A stretch of DNA of 64,000 nucleotides, taken from contig OY762964.1 of the NCBI GenBank assembly GCA_963667035.1, positions 2,656,001 to 2,720,000 on the forward strand, read 5' to 3'. A model generated the notes under the pieces. That model saw only the letters and a list, made by a program, of their open reading frames with translations. It made no database searches and was not told the origin of the DNA. Shown piece by piece: positions 46,431 through 56,520 of the stretch (position 1 is the stretch's first letter; every line of letters begins with the position of its first letter). The position numbers were made by a program, and so were the translations under genes. This DNA comes from Candidatus Cloacimonadales bacterium. Lineage in GTDB: Bacteria > Cloacimonadota > Cloacimonadia > Cloacimonadales > JAFGVF01.

Positions 46431-48148
46431 TAAAAAAGATTATACTTTCCAACTTCATCTTAATAGATAAACTAGAAGTCAACTTTAACAAAGGCTTCAA
46501 TGTTATTACGGGTGAAACCGGAGCCGGTAAATCTATTTTAATGGGTGCAATTGATCTTGTGCTTGGCAGTAAGCTTAAGAGTACTGTTGCTTATAATCAA
46601 GAAGAACCGGTTTATTTGCAGGCTGACTTTAGTATCGATAATGATAATCCGGAGCTCATGAGTTTGATAGAAGAGCTTGACTTAGATACTTCCGATGAGG
46701 AGCTCTTCTTTTCCAAAAAGATTAACACGCTAGGCAAAGCAACCAGTTATATAAATGGAATTCGTGTTACAAACAGTGTAATTATAAAGTTTCGTGACCA
46801 ATTGATAGATTTTCATAATCAAAATGATCAGCAATTACTTCTCAAACAGGATTATCAGCTTGATATTCTTGATTCTTATGCTAATATACTCAGTGAAAGA
46901 GATGAGTTTAATAGAGAATTAGACAATCTCAAAGATCTTAGAAAGCAGATAAAAGATTTGATTTCAGAAGAACAGGCTAAAAGAGAGAAACATGATTTAT
47001 ACATGTTTCAGATTAATGAAATAGAAAGCTTTAGCCTGAAAGAAGGTGAAGATACTGATTTAGAAGATGAGATAGAATTGCTTGGTCATGCAGAAGATAT
47101 TATAAAGTACAGTAATGAACTCAGAAATGAAGTTTATGAAAATGATAACTCAATATATGATAAGCTCCAAACAATTACCCGAAGCTTGGGTAATATAAAA
47201 AGCGAGCATTCAGGAATTACAAATCTACGTAAAACTCTTGATGAGGCTTTGGTGATTTTAGATGAGTTGGCAGCGATTGCCGGAGATATACCTGATTCCA
47301 TTGATAGTGATCCTGCTAGATTAGAAGAATTAACTAATCGCTCCGATGCAATCAATGAACTTAAAACTAAGTATCACCGGAACTCTATAGCCGGAATTCT
47401 TGAGTACTATAAAACCATATCACAAGAAGTCTCAAAAGATGTGGCTAATAAAAAGCAATTGGAAGATTTACTGAAGAAAGAGCAACAACAGGTAAAGAAA
47501 CTTAATAATCTGGGAGAGAAGTTGTCCGAATTAAGACAAAAAGCTTCCATTAAGCTGGCAAATGAACTACAAACTCAGATAAGAAAACTAGCAATGCCTG
47601 ATAGTCACTTTCAAATATTAATTGACAAAAAATCCAAACTGCTGACTCCTAATAATTCAGGAGAGAAGGAGTTAGTGAGGAATGGTTTTGATTCAGTAAA
47701 TTTCTTCTTCTCTTCTAATAAGGGAATCGATACTAAGGTATTGAAAAAAGCAGTATCAGGTGGTGAGTTGTCTCGAGTAATGCTTGCTGTAAAAAAAGTA
47801 TTATCGGGATATATAATGAAAAGATTGCTCATCTTTGATGAGATTGATTCCGGTATTGGCGGAAAAACCGCAGATACCATATCCGGTATATTATTTGAAA
47901 TGAGTAGATTTCATCAGATATTATGCATTACTCATCTCCCCCAGATTGCTTCGGTAGGTGAAAATCATTTACATATTAGTAAGGATTCGTCCGGAGAAAA
48001 AACAATGACTGTTATTAGTACTTTGAATGGGGAAAAAAGAGTTGAAGAAATTGCTCGAATGCTTTCAGGTATTGAAAGCTCAATAGCTTTACAGCATGCT
48101 GAAGAATTATTAAAAAGAAATAAATGGAGTAATAATGGCAATAAGTAG
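46427..48148 (+). CDS. recN: DNA repair protein RecN
   Basis: Motifs TGETGAGKS, SGGELSR, FDEIDSG, CITHLPQIA and EEIARML. Located downstream of nadK. Confidence 0.95.
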   Translation: MIKKIILSNFILIDKLEVNFNKGFNVITGETGAGKSILMGAIDLVLGSKLKSTVAYNQEEPVYLQADFSIDNDNPELMSLIEELDLDTSDEELFFSKKINTLGKATSYINGIRVTNSVIIKFRDQLIDFHNQNDQQLLLKQDYQLDILDSYANILSERDEFNRELDNLKDLRKQIKDLISEEQAKREKHDLYMFQINEIESFSLKEGEDTDLEDEIELLGHAEDIIKYSNELRNEVYENDNSIYDKLQTITRSLGNIKSEHSGITNLRKTLDEALVILDELAAIAGDIPDSIDSDPARLEELTNRSDAINELKTKYHRNSIAGILEYYKTISQEVSKDVANKKQLEDLLKKEQQQVKKLNNLGEKLSELRQKASIKLANELQTQIRKLAMPDSHFQILIDKKSKLLTPNNSGEKELVRNGFDSVNFFFSSNKGIDTKVLKKAVSGGELSRVMLAVKKVLSGYIMKRLLIFDEIDSGIGGKTADTISGILFEMSRFHQILCITHLPQIASVGENHLHISKDSSGEKTMTVISTLNGEKRVEEIARMLSGIESSIALQHAEELLKRNKWSNNGNK

Positions 48149-49019
48149 AAAAGTTAGTAGAAGTTTAGCTATCTTTATTGTAGGCATTTCAATTGTTATC
48201 GCATTCTATCGTAATCCGGAGCAACCGGTTAATAGAATTAGTAAGGAAAAAGCAGAAACTGTTTTTGAAGAGAATATGAGTCAGTACCATGAATCAATTT
48301 CTTTCGATGTAATTATGGATAGTACCGGTATTGACCATCCTGTGTTTGGGGAAGACTATACAATCCTTTTTCAAGAAAACAAAGGAAATTATCTTAATTA
48401 CGTAATTGAGTCTCCCACAGCTTCAACACCTGAACTTCTTAGCCAAATCAAAGCTGCAGGGTTAACCCAAGGAGAAGAAAGACTAATTGTCAATGCAATC
48501 CCAAAGCAAAAAGCTCAAACATTGCAACGTTTAAGAAAGAGATTTAAAGAACACGAAGAAGCAAGAGCTAATTTCAAGAATAAGCTAATATCAAGTCAAT
48601 ATGGCTTAGACAAGTATAAAGAACTGGTAAAAGATGAAGAAGTTAAACTCGATAGTCTTCAAAGACGTATCGATGATCTTGATGAAGGAACTTATGACAT
48701 AATCATGGTTACTTTCATGAAAAAAATGGCTGAAAAAGTAGGGACGAAAACTAGAGTAACTAAGATGATTATTGATACCATATTCAATATCGCAGCCTTA
48801 TCAATTCTCATTATTGTCCTATTCTATGGTGGTAAACTGTTAAATATGTTCCTTGATTGGTTTGGAGTAGGTTCAAAGAATAAGGGTTATAACTATCGCG
48901 GTTACTATAACGGATATTACAGCAAACCTGATAGTAAGAAAAACAAAGGTAAGAGAAAAGTTAAAAGGATTTATAAAGATAAAGTAGCTTCAGATTCTGA
49001 TAAGAAGCAAGAAGATTAA
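48135..49019 (+). CDS. Hypothetical membrane protein with coiled coil
   Basis: N- and C-terminal hydrophobic segments and a basic tail. Overlaps the recN stop. Confidence 0.65.
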   Translation: MAISRKVSRSLAIFIVGISIVIAFYRNPEQPVNRISKEKAETVFEENMSQYHESISFDVIMDSTGIDHPVFGEDYTILFQENKGNYLNYVIESPTASTPELLSQIKAAGLTQGEERLIVNAIPKQKAQTLQRLRKRFKEHEEARANFKNKLISSQYGLDKYKELVKDEEVKLDSLQRRIDDLDEGTYDIIMVTFMKKMAEKVGTKTRVTKMIIDTIFNIAALSILIIVLFYGGKLLNMFLDWFGVGSKNKGYNYRGYYNGYYSKPDSKKNKGKRKVKRIYKDKVASDSDKKQED

Positions 49020-49044
49020 ATATAATCCCTAACAGGAGGAGCTT

Positions 49045-49494
49045 ATGAGTTTGTCTCCATGGAATATATGGATGATACTCGGTATAATCTGTATAATAAT
49101 CGAAATACTTGATCCTGCTTTCTTTTTCTTAAGTCTGGGTATAGGATGTATCGCAACGGGATTATTCTCATTGTTCCCGTTTATTTATAATTCAATCCCT
49201 ATTCAAATTGCACTGTTTGCAGTATTCAGTTTCATTGCATTCCTGCTAATGAGAAAGCTTGGTAAAAAAGTCCTTGAGACATCGGGAGAAGAAACAAATG
49301 TCTACGCTCTCAAAGGTAAAATTGGTGTTGTAACTACCGAGATTATAGCAGAGGGAAAAGGATATGTAAAGATCGGAGGAGAAGAGTGGTCGGCAGTAAG
49401 TGATGATAGATCACTAATCCCTATTAACACTAAAGTGGAAATTGTTGATATTTCCGGTAATAAACTTATTGTGAAGAAAATGGAGGTTAACTAA
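49045..49494 (+). CDS. NfeD-family membrane protein
   Basis: W...G...EI, GKIGVV...GYVKIGGEEWSA. Adjacent to the SPFH gene. Confidence 0.9.
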   Translation: MSLSPWNIWMILGIICIIIEILDPAFFFLSLGIGCIATGLFSLFPFIYNSIPIQIALFAVFSFIAFLLMRKLGKKVLETSGEETNVYALKGKIGVVTTEIIAEGKGYVKIGGEEWSAVSDDRSLIPINTKVEIVDISGNKLIVKKMEVN

Positions 49495-50429
49495 TGGAAG
49501 TTTTTCTTATAGTTTTAGCAGTTCTAATTATCATCGTTATTTTGAAAGGACTGATTATTGTTCGACAAGCTGAAGTTGTTGTAATAGAACGACTCGGTTC
49601 ATACAATAAAACTTTTAGTAGCGGTTTACATCTTATTGTTCCAATATTTGATAAACCACGCTCAATCACATGGAGGTCTGTAAATACTGACGTAAGAGGT
49701 AGAACCATAATAAATCAAAAAACAGTATCTCGTATTGATTTAAGAGAAACTGTTTATGATTTTCCGCGCCAGAATGTTATTACAAAAGATAATGTTACAA
49801 TTAACATCAATGCACTTCTTTATTTCCAAGTAACCGACCCTTATAAAGCGGTTTATGAGATTAGGAATTTACCTCATGCAATAGAGAAACTCACACAAAC
49901 GACTTTGCGTAATGTTATCGGTGAGCTTGAGCTTGACGCTACGCTTTCATCCAGAGATACTATTAACTCCAAGCTTAGAGATATTCTTGACGAAGCTACC
50001 GATAAGTGGGGAGTTAAAGTTAACCGAGTTGAGTTACAAGATATAGACCCACCGGAGGAAATCAAACAAGCAATGGAAAAACAGATGCGTGCTGAGCGCG
50101 ATAAACGTGCTAAGATACTTGAAGCAGAAGGTGAAAGAGAGTATAAAACAAGGACTGCTGAAGGTATCAAACAAGCAGCTATACGTGAAGCTGAAGGTAA
50201 AGCTCAAGCAAAGATACTGGTTGCAGAAGCTGAAAAGAGAGGGATTGAGCTTATTGAGGAAGCACTTAAAAATTCCAATATAGGTCCCGCTCAATATCAG
50301 TTAATGTTAAAGTATATAAGTGCATTTAATGACATTGTTCAGCAAGGCGACAAAACTGTTGTTATTCCTTACGAATCATCCGCACTTCTCGGTTCAATGA
50401 AAACAATAAAAGAGTTATTCAACCAATAG
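49494..50429 (+). CDS. SPFH/band-7 (QmcA-like) protein
   Basis: Motifs VIERLG, VITKDNV, TTLRNVIG, WGVKVNRVE and QMRAER. Confidence 0.93.
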   Translation: MEVFLIVLAVLIIIVILKGLIIVRQAEVVVIERLGSYNKTFSSGLHLIVPIFDKPRSITWRSVNTDVRGRTIINQKTVSRIDLRETVYDFPRQNVITKDNVTININALLYFQVTDPYKAVYEIRNLPHAIEKLTQTTLRNVIGELELDATLSSRDTINSKLRDILDEATDKWGVKVNRVELQDIDPPEEIKQAMEKQMRAERDKRAKILEAEGEREYKTRTAEGIKQAAIREAEGKAQAKILVAEAEKRGIELIEEALKNSNIGPAQYQLMLKYISAFNDIVQQGDKTVVIPYESSALLGSMKTIKELFNQ

Positions 50430-50439
50430 ATTATTATTC

Positions 50440-50471
50440 AAGAGACCTTTGCGAAAGCAGAGGTCTTTTTT
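50440..50471. terminator. Terminator between convergent SPFH and nrdG genes
   Basis: AGACCTTTGC-GAAA-GCAGAGGTCT followed by a T-run. Confidence 0.8.
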
Positions 50472-51159
50472 ATCTTACTTCCAGTTTAATGGATTTTGCT
50501 GAAGCATAATTATGCAATTCGTCAATTATTAAGCTATCCAGACCGGTTCTTTTCTTATATTCAGGATTTAATGTTGCTATCGACTGGAATTGTTGAAGGT
50601 AGTATTTTTCTTCTTGTAGGAGTAAATCAATACAGTTCTTTATTATTTCTAGAGAATGTAATCCCGATACGATAGTGGTTCTAAATTCATAATCTTTGGC
50701 ATATTCCCTGATAATCTCCATAGACTCTATCATTTCATTGTAATAATCGAAACCTCCCGAAGCCATTTTGAATGACTCGAAGTCAGCTTTAATATCCATA
50801 GCTACATAATCAATAATGCCCTTTTTAAGGATTTTTTGTAGCAATAAAGGTCTAGTGCCATTTGTATCCAGTTTTACTGAAAAACCAAGCTTTTTAATTG
50901 TCTCAATTAATTCTAGAAGCTGTTCATGAAGTAGTGGCTCTCCTCCTGTGAAGGTTACGGCATCAAGTTTCCCTAATCTTGTTCTTAAAAAAGAGAGTAA
51001 TGTTTCTTCATTGATTAACCTGCTATACTGTTCAGGCAGAACTAAAGACGGATTATGGCAAAAAGGGCATCTGAGATTACAACCTCTGGTAAAGACTACT
51101 GCAGTTAATTTCCCCGGATAATCTATCATTGAGAATTTCTGGATTTGAGATATATACAT
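50470..51159 (-). CDS. nrdG: Anaerobic ribonucleotide reductase activating protein (radical SAM)
   Basis: Motifs GCNLRCPFCHN, FTGGEP, DTNG, MDIK and EFRTT. Downstream of nrdD. Confidence 0.92.
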   Translation of the reverse strand: MYISQIQKFSMIDYPGKLTAVVFTRGCNLRCPFCHNPSLVLPEQYSRLINEETLLSFLRTRLGKLDAVTFTGGEPLLHEQLLELIETIKKLGFSVKLDTNGTRPLLLQKILKKGIIDYVAMDIKADFESFKMASGGFDYYNEMIESMEIIREYAKDYEFRTTIVSGLHSLEIIKNCIDLLLQEEKYYLQQFQSIATLNPEYKKRTGLDSLIIDELHNYASAKSIKLEVR

Positions 51160-51164
51160 ATTTT

Positions 51165-51197
51165 AAAAAGACAAGGGAACTGTCTCCAGTCCCTTGT
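51165..51197 (-). terminator. Hairpin plus U-tract between nrdD and nrdG
   Basis: ACAAGGGA(A)CTG-TCTC-CAGTCCCTTGT, followed by CTTTTT on the minus strand. Confidence 0.6.
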
Positions 51198-51210
51198 TAA
51201 CGAAGTTTGA

Positions 51211-53394
51211 TTAGTTAGAGCCGATGGCTTCTACAAAGCGTTTCTGTTCATTTGCAGAAGCTAAATCGTTATCAGGTTCTTCAATCATAGAACCGTTTTT
51301 AATAGTTGGTGAATCCTTAAATTCGAATGTAGTTCTTATATCAAACTCAGCTTGCTTACCTTCATTCCATTGTGCAACAGGTCTAAGATAACCGACGACA
51401 CGAGAATATACCTCACATATGCTCTCACATTTAGGGCAAACATTGTGCTCACCGTTTAAATAGCCATGCTCAGGGCAAACGCTAAAAGTCGGAGAAAAAG
51501 TAAAGTAAGGCAATTTATAGTTAAAGCAAACCTTCTTTACCAGAGATTTGATAGTATCCAGATTGTTGATTCTCTCCCCTGCAAAAATATGCAGCACAGT
51601 TCCACCAGTATATTTTGCTTGTAGTTCGTCTTGAAGATCAAGAACTTCAAATACGTCATTTGAGAAGTCAACCGGCAACTGAGTAGAATTAGTATAGAAA
51701 GGTTCTGCATTAATACCACTGTTTGCAACTTGAATATCAGGATGGCTCTTCTTATCAAGACGAGCAAGTCTATAAGTAGTTCCTTCGGCAGGTGTCGCTT
51801 CCAGATTATAATTATTACCTGTTTCCTCTTGGAAACTAACCAATTTACTTCTCAGATAGTCCATTACTTTAATAGCAAAGTTGTTTCCTTCCTCACTGGC
51901 AATATCGCAGGACAAGAAGTTCTTACAAGATTCATTCATGCCGATAATTCCGATAGTAGAGAAATGATTCTTCCAGAATTTATTGAACCTGTCTTTCACA
52001 TTCTTAAGGTAGAATTTAGTATAAGGGTATAAACCGCTATCGGTGAATGTTTCAAGTACTTTACGCTTAATTTCCAAACTGGATTTTGCCATCGATATCA
52101 GTTTATCCAATCTGTCGAAATAATCCTCTTCATCTAAAGCTAAATAACCTATACGAGGAAGGTTAATAGTGACGACACCGATAGAACCTGTTAGCGGATT
52201 AGCACCGAAGAGTCCACCACCACGAGCTTCTAGTTTTGATGTATCCAATCTCAAACGACAACACATTGAGCGAGAGTCATCAGGACTCATACTGGAATTT
52301 ACGAAGTTTGAGAAGTAAGGGATACCGTATTTAGCGGTTGCTTCCCAAAGATAATCGAGATTCTTGTTATCCCAATCAAAGTCTTTAGTGATGTTATATG
52401 TAGGAATCGGGAAAGTGAATACGCGTCCTAGTGCGTCACCTTCAACCATAACTTCCAAGAAAGCTCTATTCAGCATGTTCATTTCGTTCTGGTAATCAGA
52501 GTAGACTTTGTCTTGAGGAATTCCTCCGATAACAACAGGTTGATTTGCATAAGCTTTAGGAGGAAGTAAATCAAGTGTAATATTAGTAAAAGGAGTTTGG
52601 AATCCAACCCTTGTCGGTACATTAATATTGAACACGAACTCTTGTAATGCTTGTTTTACTTCGGTATATGTAAGTTTATCCTCTCTAATAAAAGGTGCGA
52701 GTAAAGTGTCAAAACTTGAGAAAGCTTGAGCTCCGGCAGCTTCTCCCTGTAAAGTGTAGAAGAAGTTTATGATTTGTCCTAATGCCGATCTAAAATGTTT
52801 CGCAGGTCCGCTTTCGACTTTTCCTTTAGCTCCCTTGAAACCTTGAACCAGTAAATCCATCAAATCCCAACCGACACAATAAACAGATATTAAACCTAAA
52901 TCATGAATATGTAAGTCTCCTTCAGCGTGAGCATTCTTTATCTCAGGAGGATAGATTTTATTCAGCCAGTATGTTTTACTAACTTCGGAAGCAATGTAAT
53001 TATTCAGTCCTTGCAGTGAGTAAGCCATATTACTATTCTCATTCACCTGCCAGTCAAGTTTCTCCAGATATTGGTCTATTAAGTTAACATTTGAAGTAGA
53101 GATAATTTCTCTAATCTTTGCATGCTGGTCACGATAGATAATATAAGCTTTTGCTGTCTTTTTATAAGGAGAAGATAACAGTATTTCCTCAACTATGTCC
53201 TGTAATTCTTCCACGGCAACAATGCTTTTGTTGTATAATTGTTGTGAGAGATTAACGACTTTCAAAGTCATCTTAATTGCTTCTTTCTTTCCGAATTCTC
53301 CTGTAGCTTCACCTGCTTTAGCAAGTGCTTCAGTAATCTTATTACTGTCAAACCTGGCTATTAACCCATTTCTTTTACGAACTGCCTCGAACAT
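51211..53394 (-). CDS. nrdD: Class III (anaerobic) ribonucleoside-triphosphate reductase with ATP cone
   Basis: ATP cone (VRKRNG...FD), HIHDL, SMCCRL, EATPAE, Zn site CPEHG...CPKC and the glycyl-radical motif YSRVVGYLRP. Confidence 0.95.
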   Translation of the reverse strand: MFEAVRKRNGLIARFDSNKITEALAKAGEATGEFGKKEAIKMTLKVVNLSQQLYNKSIVAVEELQDIVEEILLSSPYKKTAKAYIIYRDQHAKIREIISTSNVNLIDQYLEKLDWQVNENSNMAYSLQGLNNYIASEVSKTYWLNKIYPPEIKNAHAEGDLHIHDLGLISVYCVGWDLMDLLVQGFKGAKGKVESGPAKHFRSALGQIINFFYTLQGEAAGAQAFSSFDTLLAPFIREDKLTYTEVKQALQEFVFNINVPTRVGFQTPFTNITLDLLPPKAYANQPVVIGGIPQDKVYSDYQNEMNMLNRAFLEVMVEGDALGRVFTFPIPTYNITKDFDWDNKNLDYLWEATAKYGIPYFSNFVNSSMSPDDSRSMCCRLRLDTSKLEARGGGLFGANPLTGSIGVVTINLPRIGYLALDEEDYFDRLDKLISMAKSSLEIKRKVLETFTDSGLYPYTKFYLKNVKDRFNKFWKNHFSTIGIIGMNESCKNFLSCDIASEEGNNFAIKVMDYLRSKLVSFQEETGNNYNLEATPAEGTTYRLARLDKKSHPDIQVANSGINAEPFYTNSTQLPVDFSNDVFEVLDLQDELQAKYTGGTVLHIFAGERINNLDTIKSLVKKVCFNYKLPYFTFSPTFSVCPEHGYLNGEHNVCPKCESICEVYSRVVGYLRPVAQWNEGKQAEFDIRTTFEFKDSPTIKNGSMIEEPDNDLASANEQKRFVEAIGSN

Positions 53395-54044
53395 TGTACT
53401 CCTCGCTGAAAGTGATATTTATAATTACATAATTTTCAATAACTTATGTTTTCATTGTAAATATTTTCAATAACGTTTATGATTGTTTTACTGTGCTAAG
53501 AGACAGTCATTTCTGAAAGTTGTCAATAACTCTTTTTCTCCAAGATTTCTCAGATAATTCTAGTTACCTTTGTTTAGCAATAATTGTAGCTTCGAAAAAA
53601 GTTTTCTCCCCTATATTAGGAATAAATATACTTTTTTGGAACAAAACTTACAGTCAATGAGTTACCAACATCTGACAAAAATTCATCTATTCACTCGTAT
53701 CAATTTTCCCTTGGCGAGCCACCCTTAAAAGTATCCATCCTAGGGAGGTCAAAGTTCAACAAAAAAACTACGTAAATTAAATGATATAATATCATCAATA
53801 GTGACCGGTGTCTTTATGGATTATATACTTGATAAAAATGCAGAGTAAATGTTTCATCCACGCAAAGAGCGTAGCGAATGGAGGGGATGAAACATTCGCC
53901 TTGAATACTTGGATTATATATATCCTACAAAAAAGAGTGTCAGCAATCTTTGCAGATTACGTAATTGTTTACATAAAAGGGTTACCTTCCGGGTGATGAA
54001 AACAATCTATTCTTCTTTACTTCTCCTTCATCTCCCTGCAGTAA

Positions 54045-54110
54045 TTCCTGTGAAACCCTTGTGAAACACTTGGGCAATCCTTAGGTAATCCTTGGGTTAA
54101 TTACCAAGAA
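54045..54110. repeat. Degenerate 11-bp-period tandem array (copy 3, variant consensus)
   Basis: Units ttcctgtgaaa/cccttgtgaaa/cacttgggcaa/tccttaggtaa/tccttgggtta. Confidence 0.7.
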
Positions 54111-54360
54111 GTAGCTAATTTATTAATAAGTTAGAATTGATTTTAAAACAATTGTTACTGCTTAGAGTAGAGAGAGGAATATGAATTAGGGGGAGTAAAA
54201 AGAAAGTGGCGAGTCACCCTGAGCGGAATGACAAAAGGTAAGAATATTCTAAAAGTGTGGGGAGTAAAAAAATATTGCTATAATAGAAAAAGTCTGAATA
54301 ATTGAATTTATGAGAATGTAATAGTGTGAGTTAGCTATCACTATTCAGAAGGAGGAGAAT

Positions 54361-56085
54361 ATGAAAAGGCTGATATTATACATAATTTTTGCTACTTTAA
54401 TAACCTTTTGTTTTGCCGAAATAATCCATATTAGCGGAGCAGTAGAGACATTAGATAATTCCGAGTACATGCCGATACCAATAGAAGGAGCAACAATCCA
54501 TATTGATAATGTGGAAGATGATATTCTTACTAATGAAAACGGTCACTATGAAGTAGATGTAAATTGGATTTGGAATGGACCTATTGTGATAACTTGTTCT
54601 AAACAGGGCTTTACAACAGTAACAGAGACTCTTTTCCCAAGTCATCCATACGAATATGTTAACTTTATTCTTGAAGTTGAAATTCCAACAAATCAGATTA
54701 TCGGAAATGTATTTTATGTAAACGATGTTAATGAAAACGTTCCGATACAAGGAGCATTCATTCAGATCGCTGGGGTTGAAGAATGTGTTGAAACGGATGC
54801 TACGGGTAACTACTCAATTGAATTTGTCTGGAATTGGGATAGTGCGGTAGTTATATGTTGTGAGCATATTGATTATGAGACAGAAACATATAGCTTTTTC
54901 CCTGATGAGAATCCTGCTACAGTTAATTTTGAGATGACTCCTGTTCCGGGACCTTTTACAAATATGATTTACGGTTATGTATCAGATGTTAACTCGGGAA
55001 ATCCCATAGAAAATGCTTTGATAAGTATAAACTCGACACAAGAGACCGAGCAAACGGATTCATCAGGCTACTATGAAATATGTTTTAATTGGAATTGGGA
55101 TAGTGCAGTCGTTATTAATTGCTCTTATACAGGCTATGAGCAACAGACAATCAGTTTGTTTCCTGACGATTATGAAACTCAAGTGGACTTCTATCTTTCA
55201 ACTCAATCATCTCCTGAACCAATAACTATCCAAGGTACTGTTTTTTGCAGTGATTCAAGTGACCAGCCTATTGAAGGAGCAGTACTTACTTTTGGAGCTC
55301 CTGGAGAAGTGCCAAGTTCCGCTACTAATAGTCAAGCTAACGGCACTTACTCTGCATCACTTGTATGGAATTGGTATGGTCCGATTGAGATTACTTGCCA
55401 TGTTCCCGGATACTATCATAGAATAATTGACTATCTTCCTACTGACGATATCTATAATTATGATATCTGCATGCAGGCTCTTCCTGCTTCATTTGAACCG
55501 CCGATTGGATTAACCGGATATTTGGTAAATAATGACAGAGTTGTTCTTGATTGGGTTGAACCAACGACATGGCCGTTATCATATCCCTTAACATATAGAG
55601 TGTATATTAGGGAAAATGATAACCAATATTTTCACCCTCTGGAAAGCATCAGTTACTCTGAGACAACTTACGATTTTACTCTTTCCATGACCGGAGATTG
55701 GGAAGCTGATTTTGCTGTGACAGTATTCGAAGATTCTACTGAAACTACTTTTAGCAATATCTTCCACATCGGATATTCTATCTCAACAGATGATGAATTT
55801 CAGATAACTGTTGAACCGCAACTGTCCGTATACCCTAATCCATTTAATCCTACTACGACAATAAAGCTGGACCTACTCGAAGATGAACAGGTTAAAGCAA
55901 ATATCTACAATATCAAAGGGCAGTTAATAAAAACTCTGATTAACGGTAGGCTTGATAAAGGTGAAAACAATATTATCTGGGACGGAATTGATAACAATAA
56001 CCAAAGCGTAAGTTCGGGAGTTTATCTGTTAAAAGTCGAGACGCATGGAAGAAGTTATATAAGAAAATTATCCTTAATGAAATAG
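54361..56085 (+). CDS. Secreted protein with four carboxypeptidase-regulatory-like repeats, an FN3-like domain and a FlgD-Ig/T9SS-like CTD
   Basis: Signal peptide, 4x PI.(G/N)A...G.Y....W.W....I.C....(Y/F), and SVYPNPFNPTTT...RKLSLMK. RBS GGAGGAG. Confidence 0.85.
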   Translation: MKRLILYIIFATLITFCFAEIIHISGAVETLDNSEYMPIPIEGATIHIDNVEDDILTNENGHYEVDVNWIWNGPIVITCSKQGFTTVTETLFPSHPYEYVNFILEVEIPTNQIIGNVFYVNDVNENVPIQGAFIQIAGVEECVETDATGNYSIEFVWNWDSAVVICCEHIDYETETYSFFPDENPATVNFEMTPVPGPFTNMIYGYVSDVNSGNPIENALISINSTQETEQTDSSGYYEICFNWNWDSAVVINCSYTGYEQQTISLFPDDYETQVDFYLSTQSSPEPITIQGTVFCSDSSDQPIEGAVLTFGAPGEVPSSATNSQANGTYSASLVWNWYGPIEITCHVPGYYHRIIDYLPTDDIYNYDICMQALPASFEPPIGLTGYLVNNDRVVLDWVEPTTWPLSYPLTYRVYIRENDNQYFHPLESISYSETTYDFTLSMTGDWEADFAVTVFEDSTETTFSNIFHIGYSISTDDEFQITVEPQLSVYPNPFNPTTTIKLDLLEDEQVKANIYNIKGQLIKTLINGRLDKGENNIIWDGIDNNNQSVSSGVYLLKVETHGRSYIRKLSLMK

Positions 56086-56094
56086 AGTTTACTG

Positions 56095-56125
56095 AGCGGG
56101 ATGCTGATAGTATCCCGCTTTTTTT
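56095..56125 (+). terminator. Intrinsic terminator
   Basis: AGCGGGATGCT-GAT-AGTATCCCGCT followed by a T-run. Confidence 0.85.
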
Positions 56126-56520
56126 ACAGATTGACTCGAGCAAATAAATCTAAACTACTTAACTTACTGTAAAACAGGATTGCTTTTCAAAGCAGAGTAA
56201 CGGCATTCACAAAAATAGTAAAAATTTAGTTTACAGTCATTGCAAAGTTAAAAAAATCACTTCATTATTAATTGCTCTGTCCTTTTATGGGAGAAGAGCG
56301 AAAATTTATGAATGTTTTCAAAAGTATTTCAGAACTTGGATGGTCTGAAGAATTAATCGCATAATGATTTCTTAACTATAAGTAAGAATCACTTATTTCA
56401 TTTTAAAAGGTTGTTAGGTAACTATTGCAAACAGAAAGATGTTGATTACTCTATCAATGTGCAGAGCTGTTTCAATCAATCTTTACTTCCGGAGAAAATG
56501 ATGAAAAATTGGATTATAAT

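Noticed and set aside
53400..53760. Cobalamin riboswitch or NrdR boxes upstream of nrdD
   Set aside because: No B12-box or conserved riboswitch core was recognised. Only one weak NrdR-like palindrome (CCCTATATTAGG ~53608) is present, not the usual tandem pair.
53808..53996. 62-aa ORF in the nrdD upstream region
   Set aside because: It has a GTG start without an RBS, runs through the palindromic element, and shows no recognisable features.
23112..54110. The 11-bp arrays as CRISPR arrays
   Set aside because: The units are 11 nt, degenerate and contiguous, with no unique spacers, and there are no cas genes in the window.
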